Assembly: GCF_000150275.1 (NCBI RefSeq)
Contig: NW_002061034.1
Coordinates: 4,041-18,820 of the forward strand
Reading direction: 5' to 3'
DNA from: Trichoplax adhaerens
Taxonomy: Eukaryota; Animalia; Placozoa
Length of the DNA stretch: 14,780 bases
Below, in pieces: positions 10,398-14,780 of this stretch; position 1 is the first letter of the stretch, and the number at the start of each line of letters is the position of its first letter. Under the pieces are notes generated by a model. The model was not told where the DNA came from, ran no database searches, and saw only the letters and a program-made list of their open reading frames with translations. The position numbers were made by a program, and so were the translations under genes.

Positions 10398-11506
10398 GTA
10401 AGTACCTAATAATTACAATATTACCGGTATCTATTTGCATTTATTCAGTAAATTACTTAAAAGAATAATTCGGGGAGCGAATTATTCTTGATGTAGAGAT
10501 ATATTTGTAGATTTTTGTGAAACCGCTATCCTGTAACATACAGCATATTTTTCAGTATAACTGTATAATTTCTTCCGTCAGGTTTATCCCCCTGACATTT
10601 AACCTACAGTGCGACACTAAATATACTAACGATCTCCCATCGCCAGGAGAAACAGAAACTCAACACTAGTCTCTCTTAGACATAACTGAACCCAAAATTA
10701 ATTGAAAAGTCAGTTAATTTATAATAAATCGCTATAAGCATTAATGATCAGTTTATAGGTAATATTAGAAAACCGAGCCGTTATCTATTAAAAATATATA
10801 AAGCGTAATAGATAACGATATGTAAATATATTTTTAGATAAATTTTTTATGGAATCTATGTTACTACGATAGCTACGCAAAAGTTACTTCGTAACATAGT
10901 CATAATAATTCACGCACCCCACAAGGTCTTCTTTATTCATATTATGCATGTATTGAAAAATATTTGAAACAAATATAATACTAGAATCATTCTCGTAATT
11001 ACATTCTTTCTAGGAAATATTAAAAAGCAGCTCTTTTTACTATTTCCAATAATTATAACGGTATACACGTATATGCACTGTTATAAATCGAAATACAAGT
11101 ACTACTCATCCGTAACAAGAAAAAGTAAAACTATTATAGAAATCGCACATTATGAGTCCACTGTCAGGTTTGTCCTCTTTGATATTGATCTACAGTACGA
11201 TTGTAAGTACTTACGATCTCCTATCATGAGGAGGAACAGTAATACCACCAGTCTCTTTTTAGATAAACTGAATCCGAACTTCATTGAAAAGTCAGTCAAT
11301 TTATACAAATCTACATAAACATTAATTATCAGTTTATAGATAACGTCATACACCCATGCAGTTATCTATTAAAATATGTAAAACGTCGTGGATACATTAA
11401 TATAAACATATTCTTAGATAAGTTATCTTAAAGAAATATGTTACAATAGCTATGCAAAAGTTACTCTGCAACATCACTGATGCAATTTTTATTTCTTTTT
11501 GGATAG
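10398..11506 (+). other. Phase-2 GT-AG intron of gene 2 (1109 bp)
   Basis: Donor gtaagt; branch-like actgat near 11476; tract tttttatttctttttggatag ending at 11506. The join TA|T CAT GAA GGC is in frame. Confidence 0.8.
10577..11475 (+). repeat. Diverged ~320-bp direct repeat inside the gene 2 intron (~10577-10897 and ~11163-11474)
   Basis: Collinear matches gtcaggttt..., acgatctcc..., attgaaaagtcagt.aatttata, gttatctattaaaa, atagcta.gcaaaagttact. Confidence 0.88.
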
Positions 11507-12920
11507 TCATGAAGGCTCATCTCATGAAAAATATACGGCTATCTACAAGGATGATAACACTAGTTTCATGCATCTGAGCGGTGGATGGCTAATTAAATAT
11601 GTATGTGTGATACACAGGAAAAAGATTTTTTTAATTTTTCTACCACTACTATTAATACCTATTTTGGCTATTTTTGGACCTTCCGTAAACCTTCCAGAGA
11701 ATTCATTGTACATGGCTAAACATATATTTTACAGTTGTGCAATCTTATTGGTATTATGGTTTGCACATATGATGCTCTTTATATGTATAAATAACGAAAA
11801 ATCACATCAATCATTTCAAGCATATGAGCTGAAACTTCTTCATAACAAACATGATAGAAATTGTGCATCAGGTTCTAATTTCGTACAGAAAGCCTGGTCG
11901 TTTTTGAAGAATTGGGGGTTGATACGATTTGCTTATAATGCAGCGGATATGCACGGAAGCTATTATCGCCATAAGTTAAATTCAAGTATAGACAAATACC
12001 CAATCATCAAACATATTATTTCAGTACTGATATTTTGCACTTACTGTTTTCCAGTTGCAATAGTTATATATATAAGCTATTTATTAACTTTATTATTATT
12101 CGCATATTTTCGACTAGATTTAATATATTTCTTAATAATACCGTGGATTTCTTACCTTATTTATAACTCAATTAAGACATATAACAAAAGGAATAGTCAT
12201 TTATCAAATTGTATAATTAATAGAATAGATCAGCTCCGAGAAAATGAATTAAGTAAAAGAGGATGCTTTGACATTCCTTATGAAATAATCGGTAAGACTG
12301 TAAAAGTCGACGTGCCAAACGTATTATGTGAGTTAAGTCAAGACTACATTAAGAAATTCGAGGAGTTACATAAAAAGAACGTACTCATTACATCAACTTC
12401 AAAGGCCTATATGGGGATAAACTATTCGTTTGAAGGTGATGATATAAATGTGGCTTTTCATAGCTTCGGTGAAAAGTTTGATGCACTGCTAGCACGAGCT
12501 AAAGCTGCTTTACGCGAAGCCAGAAATAGTTTAGTAGATACGAATTATGAATTTCGCGATCAAAGGTATAGAATAATTCCTAAAACATGCTTAGATAAGT
12601 TGTATAATAATCACAATGAATCAAATATTGATATATACCAGGGCGGTTTTAAATTTAAATTATTTATCGGTTTAGCTAGTATATCAATCATCGGAATTAT
12701 TTTTTGTCCATCCATAAATGGATATCATGTATTAATGATAACTTTAGCATTAACTTTATTTTGGTGTTTTTTTATACCGCCATCGAATAATGACAATATC
12801 CAAACTATTGTCAACTCAAATATAAAATATTGCGATTATAGAAAGGATCGTAATGTTAATAATTTTAATTTTAATTTTGACAATAACCAGCAAAAGCAAC
12901 GTCTCCAAACTACAGTATAA
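11507..12920 (+). CDS. Gene 2, coding exon 2: multi-pass TM region, paralogue of 5291-6854
   Basis: Open frame of 470 codons, collinear with gene 1 exon 2 and with the same pattern of hydrophobic segments. Confidence 0.88.
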
Positions 12921-13259
12921 TTCGTTATCAGTAATGACCAAATAGAATTATTGCTTGAATAAGATAAAATTTATTTAATTAATTTTCGAAATATACTGCT
13001 CTTAGTAGTAGCTTTACTTCAATATTGAAGCAAAATTACCTACAAAATTTGTGTTATTGAAAAAATTATTGGTCATGATGGAACAGAATTACTGTATTAA
13101 TTTCGAATAGATATTATTCTTACTAATAATTATTAATCATTCTTACAAATAAAAACATCATTTATGTTGTTGAGTCGATTTCAAAACTAAATGTTATGTT
13201 ATTAAGTTCATATTTACAAAATATCAAAATTTAATTTCAAATTTTATTGCATTATGAAT

Positions 13260-14075
13260 TTGTGATATGTAAAGGAGTAATTGTCATATTACTACTCAGC
13301 AATGGTTGATATAACTTTGATCTGTCCAGTAGCATTATTCTTCACATTAGGATATGTAGGGCAGATATTATAATTGCCGAATTATTATCAAAGACTGTAA
13401 TAAGGTTTCATCGGTGAATGCATCATTGAAAAGTAGTATTCTAGAAGCATAGTTGTGAATATAGTAGTGCCCGGCTATTACCGGGATATATATAATGTCG
13501 AATGGTAATACTATCTGTTAATTATTAACAAATCGATACACTATCGTAAACCGTCAGCAAAGCGACGGGAGTTTGTACTAGTGATAATAAAATGTCTAGC
13601 AAAATACTCGGAGTGCGTAGTGTACTGCACTTCTTTTCCAGCGTAGATGATAATATATATATACAATATACGAGTATATAATTTAGACTGTCCTCTCTTT
13701 CTGTTGTCAGAGCTGTACTACTACTGTATCATCAATTGCGATAGATTGGCATTACTATTTTGCACATGGAAAGTTAAAATTTCATCAATTACTACATTTT
13801 TACGGAGTGTAAATCAGGCGTACGCCCAGTAAACACAAAGTCATAATCTGTATGGCGAAGCGTGGTAAGCAAAGGTAGATTCGACTAGTGCCCGTTTTTA
13901 CAACGGGTATTACGAAGCTAGTGATATTCATAGTGACTAAGTCTTGATGTTTAATGACTAATTGATAATGATTATATTCATAATGACTAATCTTGATTGC
14001 TAATAGCAAATTTCAATAAAAATTATTTTTGGTAGCTAAATTATGACGATAAAAGGTTAACATCTTCACTTTCTA
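13260..14075 (-). pseudogene. Cadherin-repeat-like gene remnant (partly repeated at ~40-315)
   Basis: Frameshifted or stopped peptides in the order expected for cadherin repeats: HYEYNHYQLVIKHQD...LPRF.(DYDFVF), then PGTTIFT...YYSL...NNATGQIKVISTIAE**YDNYSFT. Recognised by eye only. Confidence 0.4.
13514..13581 (+). mobile_element. Helitron-type 3' terminus, possibly a complete 68-bp mini-element
   Basis: GC-rich hairpin ccgtc(a)gc-aaa-gcgacgg at 13551-13568, 9-nt spacer, CTAG at 13578-13581 followed by T. Candidate 5' end A|TC at 13513/13514 is uncertain. Confidence 0.6.
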
Positions 14076-14780
14076 CAGCGATAGATAGTATTCTAGATGG
14101 ACTAATACAAAAAAAGAATGAATTGCAGCAATAGAGCAGCTGTAGGTGTAACATACATATACAGGAGCTGCTGTTGAGCCAAGTTTATTAAAAACACAAC
14201 TTTATCCATCTAAGGTTAACATAATCAGTACCTTCATTACTGCAGTTAAAAATTGTATGCAATGACTTCATGTAGTACACTACGTACAGAGCAGCTGTAG
14301 ATGTAACATACATATACAGGAGCTGCTGTTGCAATACTTATGTTGAGCTAAGTTTATTAAAAACACAACTTTATCCATCTAAGGTTAACATAGTCAGTAC
14401 CTTCATTACTGCAGTTAAAAATTGCATGCAATGACTTCATGCAGTACACTATGTACAAAATTATCTAGGGTTGCATAATCTGTGTTGCAAACTTAACTTC
14501 CAGTTGCAGTTGTAGGAGCTATATTAGAAATGCTGAACGATACATGTATTTCAATTGGCTGACAGACTTATTCCTATCTTAAAATAGCGACTAATATTCA
14601 AAATAATTGCAATAGCCATAGCAATTAGAAAAATACCATTCATCTTCTTTTTCATTTGTAAAACGATACTCTCATATACTGTACTGTATGTACTCGTTTT
14701 TCATTTCACTGAAAGGCTTTTTTCCCAGCCATAAAACATAACAAAAACGTTGAAAATAACTATAATAGTAATAACTGATA
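13758..14780 (+). repeat. Copy B of the near-identical direct repeat (partner 1-853)
   Basis: Starts ttttgcacatgg..., ends ...ataactgata. Length 1023 = 853 + 169 + 1. Confidence 0.97.
14133..14456 (+). repeat. Tandem duplication, 155 bp + 169 bp
   Basis: agagcagctgtag... starts at 14133 and again at 14288. The second unit has a 14-bp insertion (caatacttatgttg). Single copy at ~375-529. Confidence 0.95.

Noticed and set aside
11073-11353. Short ORFs within the gene 2 intron
   Set aside because: They overlap a repeat whose other copy has indels that break the frame.
2826-12920. Prokaryotic two-gene operon or system (small + large membrane protein) repeated twice
   Set aside because: Coding density is low, there are no Shine-Dalgarno sites, the long ORFs lack homologous ATG starts, and consensus splice signals give in-frame joins in both copies.
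13470-13485. cccgg-ctatta-ccggg hairpin as a terminator
   Set aside because: Only a 5-bp stem with no U-tract, in a eukaryotic context.
13647-14009. Short ORFs 13647-13832 and 13800-14009 as intact genes
   Set aside because: The near-identical copy at 1-250 has a 1-bp indel shifting the minus-strand frame, and the plus-strand ORF has no supporting features. Treated as pseudogene sequence.
1-14780. LTR retrotransposon bounded by the terminal direct repeats
   Set aside because: No gag/pol, RT or integrase coding; the repeat has a diverged internal paralogue and runs off both window ends, which fits segmental tandem duplication.

Overview
AT-rich eukaryotic genomic DNA with GT-AG introns, probably from an animal (a placozoan/sponge/cnidarian-type origin is a guess from composition only). 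The four long plus-strand ORFs are best read as two paralogous two-exon genes. In each, the apparent TAG stop of the short ORF overlaps a GTAAGT splice donor that joins in frame (phase 2) to the long ORF. Gene 1 is 2919-3619 + 5291-6854 (754 aa) and gene 2 is 9622-10397 + 11507-12920 (729 aa). Each predicted product has a signal peptide, a ~200-aa ectodomain and about 7 transmembrane segments, with no family motif I can name. The locus is a nested duplication: an older ~6.5-kb duplication produced the two genes, and bases 1-853 recur almost identically at 13758-14780, implying a recent ~13.76-kb unit. Between the genes are decayed gene remnants (a minus-strand spliced membrane-protein pseudogene in two copies, cadherin-like fragments, possible sushi fragments), several local duplications, a duplicated promoter module and a Helitron-type 3' terminus.
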